Shown here one piece after another: positions 1 to 9,679 of a stretch of DNA of 64,000 bases (position 1 is its first letter; every line of letters starts with the position of its first letter). The stretch is from positions 30,442 through 94,441 of the forward strand of contig CAWCVL010000008.1 of NCBI GenBank assembly GCA_963798985.1, written 5' to 3'. The position numbers and the translations under genes were made by a program. This DNA is from an uncultured Actinomycetes bacterium (GTDB lineage: Bacteria; Actinomycetota; Thermoleophilia; Gaiellales; Gaiellaceae). The notes under the pieces are model-generated. The model had not been told where the DNA came from and did not search any database. It saw only the letters and a list, made by a program, of their open reading frames with translations.

Positions 1-155
1 CGCGCCCACTTGCCCGAGGACTGGAGCTGCAGTTGCGCCTGTTCTGCTTGTGGCCGCTCCAGCGAGAGTTTCGTGCCGAAGTACGCGCCGACGAGCAGCA
101 CGGCGGTGACGAGAGCGATCGCAGCCCAAAGGAGACCGGAGGAGGAGCGGTCCAT
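1..155 (-). CDS. hypothetical membrane-anchored protein, N-terminal fragment (gene runs off the left edge)
   Basis: Reverse-strand ATG at 155-153 preceded by GAGGG. Translation MDRSSSGLLWAAIALVTAVLLVGAYFGTKLSLERPQAEQAQLQ has one hydrophobic helix and GC3-rich codons. No stop before the edge. Confidence 0.35.
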   Translation of the reverse strand, partial: MDRSSSGLLWAAIALVTAVLLVGAYFGTKLSLERPQAEQAQLQLQSSGKWA

Positions 156-318
156 CCCTCGTCTATCGGCGTCGGCACCTGTGGGCTTGAAGTCAGCGAA
201 TCGTCACGAGTCGGCACAGACACGTCACGTTTCCGCGGCTACCCTCAAAAGCGGGGGCAGGGCGCGAATGCGCCCCGGGGAAGGGAACTGCGGAAAGGGA
301 AACGTGGGGCAGGCGCCG

Positions 319-609
319 CTAGATGCGGCGGATGATCGCTTCCGCTTCCTCGCGTGTGAAGCCGCGGAGGGTTTCCGTGTGCTCGGCGCCGTGGCGCTGG
401 AGCTTCATCAGGATCTCGGCAGCCTTGTCGTCGTCGGGGCACTCGAAGATCTCGACCACGTCGTACCGGCCGAGCGTGACGTACACGCCGATCAGGCTCC
501 CGCCGGCCTCCTGGATGATCCGCTCGCCCTCTTCGACCCGCTCCCGCCACGCTGGGAGGCCTGCCATCCCCTGGGACGTCCAGCGCATCAGCGAGATGTA
601 GTGCGGCAT
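319..609 (-). CDS. GYD domain-containing protein
   Basis: 96-aa ORF MPHYISLMRWTSQG...GVYVTLGRYDVVEIFECPDD. Size and GxYD signature fit the GYD family. Confidence 0.8.
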   Translation of the reverse strand: MPHYISLMRWTSQGMAGLPAWRERVEEGERIIQEAGGSLIGVYVTLGRYDVVEIFECPDDDKAAEILMKLQRHGAEHTETLRGFTREEAEAIIRRI

Positions 610-627
610 GGGGCAATCTTATGAGCT

Positions 628-1332
628 GTGCGGCTGAACGCCTACCTCGCGCGCGCGGGCATCGCGTCGCGCCGAAGCGCCGACGAGCTGATCAAGGCCG
701 GCCGGGTCACGGTGAACGGCGAGCCGGGCCAGCTGAACACGTTCGTCGAGCGGGCAGACCGCGTCGAGGTCGACGGCCGCGCCGTCGCGCCGCAGCCGCT
801 CGCCTACGTGCTCCTGCACAAGCCCGCCGGCGTCGTGACCACCGCCCGCGACCCTCAGCGCCGACCGACCGTCGTCGACCTCGTGCGCCACGACGTGCGC
901 GTCGTCCCGGTCGGGCGCCTCGACGCCGACACGACCGGCGCGCTCGTGCTGACGAACGACGGGCCGCTGGCGCACCGCCTGGCGCATCCCCGCTACGGCG
1001 TCGAGAAGATCTACGAGGTCGACGTCGAGCACGACCCGAACGGCGACCAGCTGCGACAGCTCCGCGAAGGCGTCGACCTCGACGACGGGCGCACCGCACC
1101 TGCACGCGCGAAGCGGCTCGGGCCGAACCGGATCGAGCTCGCGATCCACGAGGGTCGGAAGCATCAGGTCAAGCGCATGTGCGACGCGGTCGGGCTGCCG
1201 GTTACCCGCCTGCACCGGCCGCGGTACGCAGGTCTCGAGCTCGGCGATCTGCCTGTAGGGCAGTGGCGCGACCTCACGGATGAGGAAGTGCGGCAGCTGC
1301 GTGAGGCGACCGGAGGTAGCGTCCCGGCGTGA
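628..1332 (+). CDS. rluB: pseudouridine synthase, RsuA/RluB family
   Basis: 234 aa. N-terminal S4 domain (MRLNAYLARAGIASRRSADELIKAGRVTVNG) plus catalytic core GRLDADTTGALVLTNDG. Confidence 0.9.
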   Translation: MRLNAYLARAGIASRRSADELIKAGRVTVNGEPGQLNTFVERADRVEVDGRAVAPQPLAYVLLHKPAGVVTTARDPQRRPTVVDLVRHDVRVVPVGRLDADTTGALVLTNDGPLAHRLAHPRYGVEKIYEVDVEHDPNGDQLRQLREGVDLDDGRTAPARAKRLGPNRIELAIHEGRKHQVKRMCDAVGLPVTRLHRPRYAGLELGDLPVGQWRDLTDEEVRQLREATGGSVPA

Positions 1333-2312
1333 TCGTCGACTCCGCCGTGTACAAGGACGGCAAGCGCATTGCCGAGCCCGCGAGCTTCGCGGAGCTCGCC
1401 GGCGCGGCCCGGGAGGGCGAGGGAGTGGCGTGGCTGGGGCTCCACGAGCCCACGGAGGAAGAGCTGACTTCGGTTGCTCGTGAGTTCGAGCTCCACGAGT
1501 TGGCGGTCGAGGACGCGATTCACGCCCACCAGCGACCCAAGCTCGAGTGGTACGGCGAGGTCATGTTCCTGGTCTTGCGGCCCGCTCGCTACATCGACGA
1601 GACGGAAACAGTCGAGTTCGGCGAGATCCACGTGTTCGTCGGTCCGAACTTCGTGATCACGATCCGGCACGGTGAGGCGTCCGAGCTCGGCCGGCTTCGA
1701 CAATCGCTGGAGTCTCGGCCCGACCTGTTGCGCAAGGGTCCGATGGCGATCGTCCATGCGGTCGTGGACAGAGTCGTCGACGACTACGGACCCGTCGTCG
1801 ACGGGGTCGAGAACGACGTCGACGAGATCGAGTCCGAGGTCTTCGGTGGGGCTCGGAACGTCTCGCGGCGCACGTACGAGCTGATCCGCGAGGTGATCGA
1901 GTTCAGGCGGGCGATTCACCCGCTGCCCGACATTCTCGTGCACCTCATGCGCGACCGCGACATCGGGGACGAGGAGAAGCGCTACCTACGCGACGTGCAC
2001 GACCACACGCTGCGAATTCAAGAACAAGTCGACTCCTTCCACGAGCTGCTTCGGAGCATCCTCAGCGTCAACCTCACACTCGAGACGAAGGCGTTGAGCG
2101 AGGCGGGCAACAAGCAGAACGAAGAGGTCAAGAAGATCTCCGCGTGGGCGGCGATCCTCTTCGCGCCAACGATCGTCGGGACGGTCTACGGGATGAACTT
2201 CGACCACATGCCCGAGCTGCACTGGCGGTACGGCTACGCGATGGCGCTCGGGATGATGCTCACCGTCTCGGTCGGCCTCTATCTGCTCTTCAGACGCCGC
2301 GGCTGGATCTGA
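1329..2312 (+). CDS. corA: magnesium/cobalt transporter CorA
   Basis: 327 aa. Two C-terminal TM helices with the YGMNF (GMN) motif. GTGA overlap with the rluB stop. Confidence 0.9.
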   Translation: MIVDSAVYKDGKRIAEPASFAELAGAAREGEGVAWLGLHEPTEEELTSVAREFELHELAVEDAIHAHQRPKLEWYGEVMFLVLRPARYIDETETVEFGEIHVFVGPNFVITIRHGEASELGRLRQSLESRPDLLRKGPMAIVHAVVDRVVDDYGPVVDGVENDVDEIESEVFGGARNVSRRTYELIREVIEFRRAIHPLPDILVHLMRDRDIGDEEKRYLRDVHDHTLRIQEQVDSFHELLRSILSVNLTLETKALSEAGNKQNEEVKKISAWAAILFAPTIVGTVYGMNFDHMPELHWRYGYAMALGMMLTVSVGLYLLFRRRGWI

Positions 2313-2315
2313 GCC

Positions 2316-3317
2316 TCAGCTCGAGCGGACGAAGCCCATCCGCTCGTACATGCGATCGAGCGTCGGGTTCGCGACAGCTGCAGCCTTCTCGGCGCCCTGC
2401 TTCATCAAACCCAACAGCGCCGCTTCGTCCGCGCGCAGCTCGCCGTAGCGCTCCCTGAACGGCGTCAGCAACGTGACCACCGCCTCGCCCACGTCCTCCT
2501 TGAACTGCCCGTAGCCCGCGCCGTCGTAGCGCGACTCGACCTCGGCGATCGACGCGCCGGTCGCCACCGCCATGATCTCGATCAGGTTCGAGACGCCCGC
2601 CTTCTCCTCCGGGTCGTGCTTGACCTCGCGCCCGGAGTCGGTGACCGCGGTCTTGAACTTCTTCCTGATCACGTCCGGCTCGTCGATCATCCGAACGACG
2701 CCCTGCGGCGCGCCGCGCGTCGTCGACATCAGGCGCTCGGGCTCTTGGAGGTTCTTGACGCGCGCGCCCTCCTCGGGAAAGACGCCGCGCGGCACCACGA
2801 GCGTCTCACCGAAGCGCTGGTTGAAACGTTCCGCGATGTCGCGTGTCAGCTCGACGTGCTGGCGCTGGTCGTCCCCCACCGGGACGACGTCGGTGTCGTA
2901 GAGCAGGATGTCCGCGGCCATCAGCACGGGGTACGTGAAGAGGCCCGCGGAGACGAAGTCCTGCTCGTCGGCGCGCTCCTTGAACTGCGTCATGCGCCGG
3001 AGCTCACCGAACGCCGTCACGCCTCCGAGCAGCCACGCACCTTCCGTGTGTGCGGGCACGTGGCTCTGCACGAACACGATCGAGCGGTCGGGGTCGAGCC
3101 CGGTCGCGATCAGCCACGCGAAGACGGAGAGCGTGGACTCGCGCAGCACCTCCGGCTCGAACGGCGTCGTGATCGAGTGCATGTCGACGACGCAGAAGAC
3201 GGCCTCGCCGCCCGCTGCGGACGCTTCCTCCTGCGTTCGGACGTACTGTCGAAAGCCGCCGCTGTAGTTGCCGAGCGTCTTGTCGCCCGAAGCGCGGATG
3301 CCCGAGAAGACCCTCAT
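2316..3317 (-). CDS. trpS: tryptophan--tRNA ligase
   Basis: 333 aa class I aaRS with a TrpRS-like N-terminus (RVFSGIRASGDKTLGNY), conserved core (AADILLYDTDVVPVGDDQRQH) and a KMSKS-like loop (RLMSTT). Confidence 0.9.
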   Translation of the reverse strand: MRVFSGIRASGDKTLGNYSGGFRQYVRTQEEASAAGGEAVFCVVDMHSITTPFEPEVLRESTLSVFAWLIATGLDPDRSIVFVQSHVPAHTEGAWLLGGVTAFGELRRMTQFKERADEQDFVSAGLFTYPVLMAADILLYDTDVVPVGDDQRQHVELTRDIAERFNQRFGETLVVPRGVFPEEGARVKNLQEPERLMSTTRGAPQGVVRMIDEPDVIRKKFKTAVTDSGREVKHDPEEKAGVSNLIEIMAVATGASIAEVESRYDGAGYGQFKEDVGEAVVTLLTPFRERYGELRADEAALLGLMKQGAEKAAAVANPTLDRMYERMGFVRSS

Positions 3318-3592
3318 CGCTCCAGCTCGCGCTTCGTCAGGGCGAGGATCTCCCGGTACAGGCCGTTGAGACCTTCCTCGGTCAAGGGCCCGCGATTCGC
3401 GCGCGAGAGGTCGCGCAGGAGGGACTCTTCCTGCTGCGGGTCGACGAACTCGATCCCCTCAACCTCCTTGTGGCGCTTCAGGCGCGCGACGAGCTCGAGT
3501 CGCTTGTTGAGCGCACGAACGATCGCGCGGTCGTTGTCGGAGATCTGTCCGCGCAGCTCCTGAATCAGCCGGTCCGTGTTCTCCTCGCTCAC
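3314..3592 (-). CDS. chorismate mutase (AroQ type)
   Basis: 92-aa helical protein LIQELRGQISDNDRAIVRALNKRLELVARLKRHK...LYREILALTKREL. ATGA overlap with the trpS start. Confidence 0.8.
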   Translation of the reverse strand: MSEENTDRLIQELRGQISDNDRAIVRALNKRLELVARLKRHKEVEGIEFVDPQQEESLLRDLSRANRGPLTEEGLNGLYREILALTKRELER

Positions 3593-3627
3593 CAGGCCGC
3601 TGAGACTACCGCCCGTAGACTTGGCGA

Positions 3628-4668
3628 ATGGCCACGCAGGCGGCGCCCGAGCTGCTGATCGTCATGGGTCCGGGCGCGACGCCCGACCAGACCGAGCACG
3701 TCGTCGCCCGCCTCGCGGAGGTGGGCGTCTCGGCGCGCGTGTCGACCGGACGCGAGGCGACCGTGATCGGCGCGATCGGCGACCGCGACCTGCTCGCGTC
3801 GCTCCCGCTCGAGGCCTATCCGGGCGTCCACCAGGTGCTGCCGATCGTGAAGCCGTACAAACTGGTCTCGCGGGAACTCGCCGCGGACCTGACGATGATC
3901 GACTCCCTCGGGCGGCGCCTCGGCGACTCCTACTTCGGGCTGATCGCAGGGCCGTGTTCGGTCGAGACGCGCGAGCAGACGCTCGAGACGGCGCGCGTCG
4001 TCGCCGCCGCGGGCGCGACGATGCTCCGCGGCGGTGCGTTCAAGCCGCGCTCGTCGCCGTACTCCTTCCAGGGGCTCGGGCAGGCGGGGCTGGAGATCCT
4101 CGCCGAGGCGCGCGAGGTGACGGGGCTGCCGATCGTCACCGAGCTGATGGACGTACGCGACGTCGAAGCGGTCGTCACGTGGGCCGACGTGATTCAGATC
4201 GGCGCGCGGAACATGCAGAACTTCACGCTGCTCTCCGAGGTGGGCCGCGCGGAGAAGCCCGTGCTCCTGAAGCGCTCGCCGTCGGCCTCGATCGAGGAGT
4301 TGCTGATGGCCGCCGAGTACGTGGTGCGAGAGGGGAACGATCAGGTGATGCTCTGCGAGCGCGGGATCAAGACGTTCGAGACGTCGACGCGGTACACGCT
4401 CGACATCGCGGCCGTCCCGGTGCTCAAGCAGGAGACGCACCTGCCGGTCGTCGTCGACCCTTCGCACCCGGCCGGTCGCCGGGACCTCGTGCTGCCGCTC
4501 ACGCTCGCAGCAGTCGCGGCAGGCGCCGACGGCGTGATCGTCGAGGTGCACCCCGATCCCGAGCAGGCGCTCTCGGACGGGCCGCAGCAGATCCCGACCG
4601 GCGAGTTTCCCGAGTTCGCGCGCGAGGTGTTCGCGCTCGTCGAGCTGATGGGCAAGACCGCGGGTTGA
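3628..4668 (+). CDS. aroF: 3-deoxy-7-phosphoheptulonate (DAHP) synthase, type I-beta with N-terminal ferredoxin/ACT-like domain
   Basis: 346 aa. Core motifs [26 protein letters not shown] and VDPSH. About 70 aa of N-terminal regulatory-like domain, as in Thermotoga-type enzymes. Confidence 0.9.
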   Translation: MATQAAPELLIVMGPGATPDQTEHVVARLAEVGVSARVSTGREATVIGAIGDRDLLASLPLEAYPGVHQVLPIVKPYKLVSRELAADLTMIDSLGRRLGDSYFGLIAGPCSVETREQTLETARVVAAAGATMLRGGAFKPRSSPYSFQGLGQAGLEILAEAREVTGLPIVTELMDVRDVEAVVTWADVIQIGARNMQNFTLLSEVGRAEKPVLLKRSPSASIEELLMAAEYVVREGNDQVMLCERGIKTFETSTRYTLDIAAVPVLKQETHLPVVVDPSHPAGRRDLVLPLTLAAVAAGADGVIVEVHPDPEQALSDGPQQIPTGEFPEFAREVFALVELMGKTAG

Positions 4669-4669
4669 C

Positions 4670-5761
4670 ATGCCGGTCCGTTCACTCGCAGTCGTCGGCA
4701 CCGGTCTGATCGGCGCCTCAGTCGCTCTCGCCGCCCGGCGCGCGGGCGTCGACGACGTGCGCGGCTTCGACCCCGACGACGAGGCGCTGGCCGGCGCGGT
4801 GGAGCGCGGTGCGGTCGAGGCTGCCGGCTCGCTCCGCGAAGCGGTGGGAGACGCCGAGCTCGTGGTCGTGGCGGCTCCCGTCGCGCGGCTCGCTGCGTCG
4901 GTCGCAGAGGCGCTCGACTTATCCACCGGCACGGTCACCGACGTCGGCTCGACGAAGGGCGCGGTCGTGCGCGCCGCACGCTCCGACGCCCGCTTCATCG
5001 GCGGCCATCCGGTCTGCGGGTCCGAAGCGCGCGGGCCGGCCAACGCGCGCGCCGAGCTCTTCGACGGCGCGACGTGGTTCCTCACCCCGGTCGCGCAGAC
5101 CGACCCCGAGCGCTACCGCACGCTGCATGCGTTCGTCGCTGCGGTCGGCGCCGTCCCCGTCGCGGTCGACCCCGACGCTCACGACCGCTTGGTCGCGCTG
5201 ACGAGCCACCTCCCGCACGCGCTTGCCAATCTGCTCGTCAACCAGGCGGGAGCGTCGCGCATCGACGGGCACGAGCCGCTCGACGCGGCGGGTGGCTCGC
5301 TGCGCGACATGACGCGCGTCGCCGGCGCCAACCCGCGGATCTGGATCGACATCTTCCTCGACAACGCCGCCGCCGTTCGGGAGTCGCTGGCGGAGCACCG
5401 GAGGCGGATCGAGCAGCTGGAGACCGCGCTCGAGTCCGGCGACGCGGGCTTCCTCGCACGCTGGATCGCCGAGGCCTCGGGCAACCGGCGGCGCATGCTC
5501 GCCGACGCGTACGAGGACCCCGGAGCGCTGCAGCGGCTGCGCGTGCACGTGCCTGATCGCCCGGGCGTGCTCGCCGGGATCACACAGGCGCTCGGAGCCG
5601 AGCGGATCAACATCGAGGACTTCGAGCTGCACCACATGTCGCCCGAGCGCGGCGGCGTGCTCATCGTGCTCGTTACCGGCGAGGAGCCCGCGCGCCGCGC
5701 AGCCGAGCTGCTCGAGGCGCAGGGCTACGGTGTCGTCGTCTCGCCGGTCGTCGACGAGTAG
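4670..5761 (+). CDS. tyrA: prephenate dehydrogenase with C-terminal ACT domain
   Basis: 363 aa. Rossmann motif [28 protein letters not shown], and a C-terminal ACT-like [20 protein letters not shown]. Confidence 0.9.
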   Translation: MPVRSLAVVGTGLIGASVALAARRAGVDDVRGFDPDDEALAGAVERGAVEAAGSLREAVGDAELVVVAAPVARLAASVAEALDLSTGTVTDVGSTKGAVVRAARSDARFIGGHPVCGSEARGPANARAELFDGATWFLTPVAQTDPERYRTLHAFVAAVGAVPVAVDPDAHDRLVALTSHLPHALANLLVNQAGASRIDGHEPLDAAGGSLRDMTRVAGANPRIWIDIFLDNAAAVRESLAEHRRRIEQLETALESGDAGFLARWIAEASGNRRRMLADAYEDPGALQRLRVHVPDRPGVLAGITQALGAERINIEDFELHHMSPERGGVLIVLVTGEEPARRAAELLEAQGYGVVVSPVVDE

Positions 5762-7064
5762 GTGTGAACGACGCATCTCCGAGCCACGAAGCGCGCGCGC
5801 GCTCGTCGGGCATGCGGTCGTGCCCGGCGACAAGTCGATCTCGCACCGGGCCGTCCTGCTTGCCGCGGTCGGCGAGGGGGAGACCGAGATCACCGGCTTC
5901 GGCCGCTCGGGGGACACCGAGTCCACCCTGCAGGCGGTGCGTGCGCTCGGCGCGGGGGTCGAGGAGCCCGACGTCGACATCGTGCGCGTGCGTGGACGCG
6001 GGCTTCGTGGGCTCGCCTCGCCCGGCGAACCGATCGACGCCGGGAACGCGGGAACGTTGATGCGGCTGCTCGCGGGCCTGCTCGCGGGTCAGGAGGGGCG
6101 CTTCGAGCTGACGGGCGACGAGTCGCTCTCGCGCCGGCCGATGGAGCGCGTCGCGACGCCGCTCCGCGAGCTCGGCGCGCGCATCGAGACCACCGACGGC
6201 CACGCGCCGATCGTCGTCGAGGGCGGCCAGCTCCGCGGGATCACGTACGAACTGCCGGTCGCGAGCGCGCAGGTGAAGTCGGCCGTGCTCCTGGCCGGGC
6301 TCTACGCGAAAGGTCGCACGACGGTCGTCGAACCGATCGCTACTCGCGATCACACCGAGCTGCTGCTGCAGCACGCGGGAGTCGACGTCGAGCGCAAGGG
6401 ACTCTCGGTGAGCCTCGCCGGTGTCGAACGGCTCGAGCTCGACCGCGTCGAAGTGCCCGGCGACTTCTCGTCGGCCGCGCCGCTGATCGTCGCTGCGACG
6501 CTGCTGCCCGGCTCGGAGCTCTACCTCCACGGAATCGGGATCAACCCGACGCGTACCGGTCTCCTCGACGTGCTCGAGCGCATGCGCGCGCGCGTCACCC
6601 TCTTCAACAAGCGCAAGCTCGGCGCCGAGATGGTCGCCGACATCGAGGTGCGCTCCTCCGCCTCGCTCGTCGCGACGCGCGTCGCTCCGGCCGAGGTGCC
6701 GCGGATGGTCGACGAGCTGCCGCTCGTCGCGCTCCTCGCTGGCCTCGCGCGCGGCGAGACCGTGATCGCCGGCGTCCAGGAGTTGCGCGTAAAGGAAACA
6801 GATCGTGTCGAGACCGTGAAAGATGTGCTGAAACCCCTTGGCATCCGTGTCTCCGCGGGCGAAGATGAACTGAGGGTGGTGGGTGTCCCCACCCGCCCAA
6901 AGGGGGGTGGCAGCGCTGATTCCCAGGGCGACCACCGGATCGCGATGCTCGGGGCGGTTGCAGGGCTCGTGTCGCGCGAGGGGCTGCGGCTCGAGGGGGC
7001 CGACGCGGCGGCGGTGAGCTTTCCCGGTTTCTTCGAGCTGCTGGAGAGCATCGCGCTCAGATGA
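5730..7064 (+). CDS. aroA: 3-phosphoshikimate 1-carboxyvinyltransferase (EPSP synthase)
   Basis: VPGDKSISHRAVLLAA, LRVKETDR and GDHRIAM motifs. The start is uncertain: GTG 5730 overlaps tyrA by 32 nt. GTG 5764 would give a typical N-terminus but needs a 1-nt correction in the (GC)6 run at 5791-5802. Confidence 0.9.
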   Translation: MSSSRRSSTSRCERRISEPRSARALVGHAVVPGDKSISHRAVLLAAVGEGETEITGFGRSGDTESTLQAVRALGAGVEEPDVDIVRVRGRGLRGLASPGEPIDAGNAGTLMRLLAGLLAGQEGRFELTGDESLSRRPMERVATPLRELGARIETTDGHAPIVVEGGQLRGITYELPVASAQVKSAVLLAGLYAKGRTTVVEPIATRDHTELLLQHAGVDVERKGLSVSLAGVERLELDRVEVPGDFSSAAPLIVAATLLPGSELYLHGIGINPTRTGLLDVLERMRARVTLFNKRKLGAEMVADIEVRSSASLVATRVAPAEVPRMVDELPLVALLAGLARGETVIAGVQELRVKETDRVETVKDVLKPLGIRVSAGEDELRVVGVPTRPKGGGSADSQGDHRIAMLGAVAGLVSREGLRLEGADAAAVSFPGFFELLESIALR

Positions 7065-7086
7065 GCAAATGCTCTCTAATAGAACG

Positions 7087-7719
7087 ATGATCGTCGCGAT
7101 CGACGGACCCGCTGGGGCGGGCAAGAGCACCGTGGCAATGCGGCTCGCCGCGCGGCTCGGCTTTCGCTACCTCGACACCGGCGCGATGTACCGCGCGCTG
7201 ACCTGGCTCGCGCTCGAGCGCGGCGCGGACCTCGACGACGCGGAGGCGCTCGGCGCGCTCGCCCGCGAGCATCCGATCAGCTTCGAGGACGAGCAGCACG
7301 TGCTGATCGACGGGCGCGACGTGTCGGCCGAGATTCGCGCACCGCGGATCGACAAGGTGGTCTCGTCGGTCGCGCGTCACCCGAAGGTGCGCGAGGTGAT
7401 GCGCGAGCGGCAACGCGAGCTCGGCGAGCACGGCAACGTCGTGATCGAAGGGCGCGACATCGGGACCGTCGTCGCTCCGCGCGCGGAAGTAAAGGTGTAC
7501 TTGAACGCCAACGAGTCGGAGCGTGCCCGCCGGCGCATCGCGGAGCGACCGGGGCTCGCGGCCGACGCGCTCGCGACCGACCTGCGGCTGCGCGACGAGC
7601 GCGACTCCGCACAGATGCGCCCCGCAGAGGACGCGGAGCAGATCGACACGACCGCCCTCTCGATCGACGACGTGGTCGCGCGAATCGAACAGCTCGTGCG
7701 CTCGAGGCAGCCGGCATGA
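7087..7719 (+). CDS. cmk: cytidylate kinase
   Basis: MIVAIDGPAGAGKSTVA P-loop and YLDTGAMYRA. An alternative ATG lies at 7069. Confidence 0.9.
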   Translation: MIVAIDGPAGAGKSTVAMRLAARLGFRYLDTGAMYRALTWLALERGADLDDAEALGALAREHPISFEDEQHVLIDGRDVSAEIRAPRIDKVVSSVARHPKVREVMRERQRELGEHGNVVIEGRDIGTVVAPRAEVKVYLNANESERARRRIAERPGLAADALATDLRLRDERDSAQMRPAEDAEQIDTTALSIDDVVARIEQLVRSRQPA

Positions 7720-8363
7720 ACCGCGTCGACGTCACGTGGAAGATCGGGCAGCTGACGCTCGGGTCGCTCGTGCGCGCGTTCGCTCCGCTTCGGGTCTACG
7801 GGAAGGAGCGCGTCCCGCTCGAGGGTGGGCTCGTGATGGCGTTCAACCACTTCTCGTGGATCGACCCGCCCGTGTTCGGGACCACGTCGCCGCGCACCAT
7901 CTCCTTCCTCGCGAAGATCGAAGCGCACCGGATGCCCGGTCTTGGGCAGCTGATCCGCCTGTTCGGGACGATCTCCGTGCGGCGCGGTGAGTCCGACCGC
8001 GAAGCGGTCCGGCTGATGCGCCAGGTCGTCCGCGAGGGGCACGCGCTCGGGCTTTTCGCCGAAGGCACGCGCCAGCGCGACGGAGTGCCGGGCAAGGTCC
8101 AGCCGGGTGCGGCGATGGTCGCGCTGCAAGAGGACGTGCCGGTCGTCCCGGCCGCGATCCACGGCACGCACGAGTGGCGGCCCGGCAACTGGAAGCCCGT
8201 CTCCGTTGTCTGGGGCTCACCGATGCGCTTCGACGGCCTGCCGAAGAACGGGAAGGGCTACCGCGAAGCCTCTGTCGAGGTCGAGCGCGAGATCCACCGG
8301 CTCTGGCGCTGGCTCGTCGCGGTGCACGAGGCCGGGCGCCCGGCTCAGGTCGAGCTGCCGTGA
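7716..8363 (+). CDS. plsC: 1-acyl-sn-glycerol-3-phosphate acyltransferase
   Basis: 215 aa. NHFSWIDP (HX4D) and FAEGTR motifs. ATGA overlap with the cmk stop. Confidence 0.85.
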   Translation: MNRVDVTWKIGQLTLGSLVRAFAPLRVYGKERVPLEGGLVMAFNHFSWIDPPVFGTTSPRTISFLAKIEAHRMPGLGQLIRLFGTISVRRGESDREAVRLMRQVVREGHALGLFAEGTRQRDGVPGKVQPGAAMVALQEDVPVVPAAIHGTHEWRPGNWKPVSVVWGSPMRFDGLPKNGKGYREASVEVEREIHRLWRWLVAVHEAGRPAQVELP

Positions 8364-9679
8364 GCACGCGGGCCGACGAGCTGATCGGCACCGTCGCGAT
8401 CGTCGGCTTCCCGAACGTCGGCAAGTCCACGCTGGTCAACCGGCTGACCGAGACGCGCGCGGCGGTCGTGCACGAGACGCCCGGCGTCACGCGCGACCGC
8501 AAGGAGCTCGAGGTCGAGTGGAACGGCCGCCGTTTCCTCGTGATCGACACGGGCGGCATCGACATCGCCGACAACGCCGAGATCACACGTTCGATCGCGG
8601 ACCAGGCGCGCGAAGCGGTCGAGGAGGCGGACCTCGTGCTCTTCGTCGTCGACGCTCGCATCGGCACGACGCCGGGCGACGAGGAGGTCGCGGAGATCCT
8701 TCGCCTCTCGCACAAGCCGGTCCTGGTGCTCGCGAACAAGATCGACGACCCCGCGCAGGAGGCGAACGCGCTCGAGTTCCACCGACTCGGCCTCGGCGAC
8801 CCGATCCCGCTCTCTGCGATGCACGGCCACGGCACCGGCGACCTGCTCGACGACCTCGTCGACCGGCTCGAGCAGCTCGGCGGCGCACGGCCCGAGCTGC
8901 CAGAGGACGCGATCCGCGTTGCGATCCTCGGCCGTCCGAACGTCGGCAAGTCGTCGCTCCTGAATGCGCTGCTGGGACGCGAGCGCGTGATCGTCTCCGA
9001 GGTGCCCGGCACGACGCGCGACTCGATCGACACCGTGCTCGAGCGGGACGGGCGCACGTTCGTGCTCGTCGACACTGCCGGCCTCAGGCGCAAGCGTCGC
9101 CACCGGCAGGGGATCGAGTACTACTCGGAGCTTCGAGCGATCGAGGCCGCCGAGCGGGCGGACGTGGCGCTCGTCCTGATCGATTCGAGCGAGGGGATCG
9201 TCGAGCAGGACGTTTCCGTGGCAGACGTGGCGCGAAAGGCGAACAACTCGACCCTCGTCGTGCTCTCGAAATGGGACGAGACGACGATCGACGTCGAGGA
9301 CACGCGAAAGCAGCTGATCCGCCGTCTGCGCCAGCGCCCGCCGATCATCGCGGTCTCCGCGAAGACCGGCCGCGGCGTCAACCGCCTGCTCGACGAGGTC
9401 GAGAAGCTCTTCGAGAAGCACACCTCACGCGTGCCGACCCCGGAGCTCAACCGATTCCTCGGCGAGCTGCGCGAGGCGCGTCAACCGCCGTCGCGGAACG
9501 GCCGGAGCCTCAACCTCCTCTACGGCACGCAGGTCGAGACACGCCCGCCTCGGTTCAAGCTGTTCGTCAACGACCCGGCACTCGTCACCCGTGACTACGG
9601 CTACTGGGTCGAGAACAACCTTCGCGAGCGGTTCAACCTCACGGGTGTCCCGGTCGTGATCGACTTCGCACCGAAGTGA
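8360..9679 (+). CDS. der: ribosome biogenesis GTPase Der (EngA)
   Basis: Two tandem GTPase domains (GFPNVGKSTLVN and GRPNVGKSSLLN) plus a KH-like C-terminus. The real start is GTG 8360 (GTGA overlap with plsC); the track ORF from 8174 is an upstream extension. Confidence 0.95.
   Translation: MSTRADELIGTVAIVGFPNVGKSTLVNRLTETRAAVVHETPGVTRDRKELEVEWNGRRFLVIDTGGIDIADNAEITRSIADQAREAVEEADLVLFVVDARIGTTPGDEEVAEILRLSHKPVLVLANKIDDPAQEANALEFHRLGLGDPIPLSAMHGHGTGDLLDDLVDRLEQLGGARPELPEDAIRVAILGRPNVGKSSLLNALLGRERVIVSEVPGTTRDSIDTVLERDGRTFVLVDTAGLRRKRRHRQGIEYYSELRAIEAAERADVALVLIDSSEGIVEQDVSVADVARKANNSTLVVLSKWDETTIDVEDTRKQLIRRLRQRPPIIAVSAKTGRGVNRLLDEVEKLFEKHTSRVPTPELNRFLGELREARQPPSRNGRSLNLLYGTQVETRPPRFKLFVNDPALVTRDYGYWVENNLRERFNLTGVPVVIDFAPK

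Noticed and set aside
246-276. A possible intrinsic terminator downstream of the GYD gene (GGGCGC-GAAT-GCGCCC with a nearby T run on the minus strand).
   Set aside because: The stem is only 6-7 bp, and the U tract (GCUUUUG) is separated from it by about 9 nt. This is too weak to report.
3589-5085. A 498-aa reverse-strand ORF antisense to DAHP synthase and tyrA. Similar giant ORFs occur at 41909-44596 (895 aa, antisense to smc), 17336-19825 (829 aa), 17398-19944 (848 aa), 31127-33304 (725 aa, antisense to recG), 46106-47725 (539 aa, antisense to ffh) and 25017-26237.
   Set aside because: They are Arg/Ala/Pro/Gly-rich low-complexity translations typical of stop-poor alternative frames in 70% GC DNA. 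Each is fully covered by a gene on the other strand or frame that has unmistakable conserved motifs and GC3-rich codon usage.
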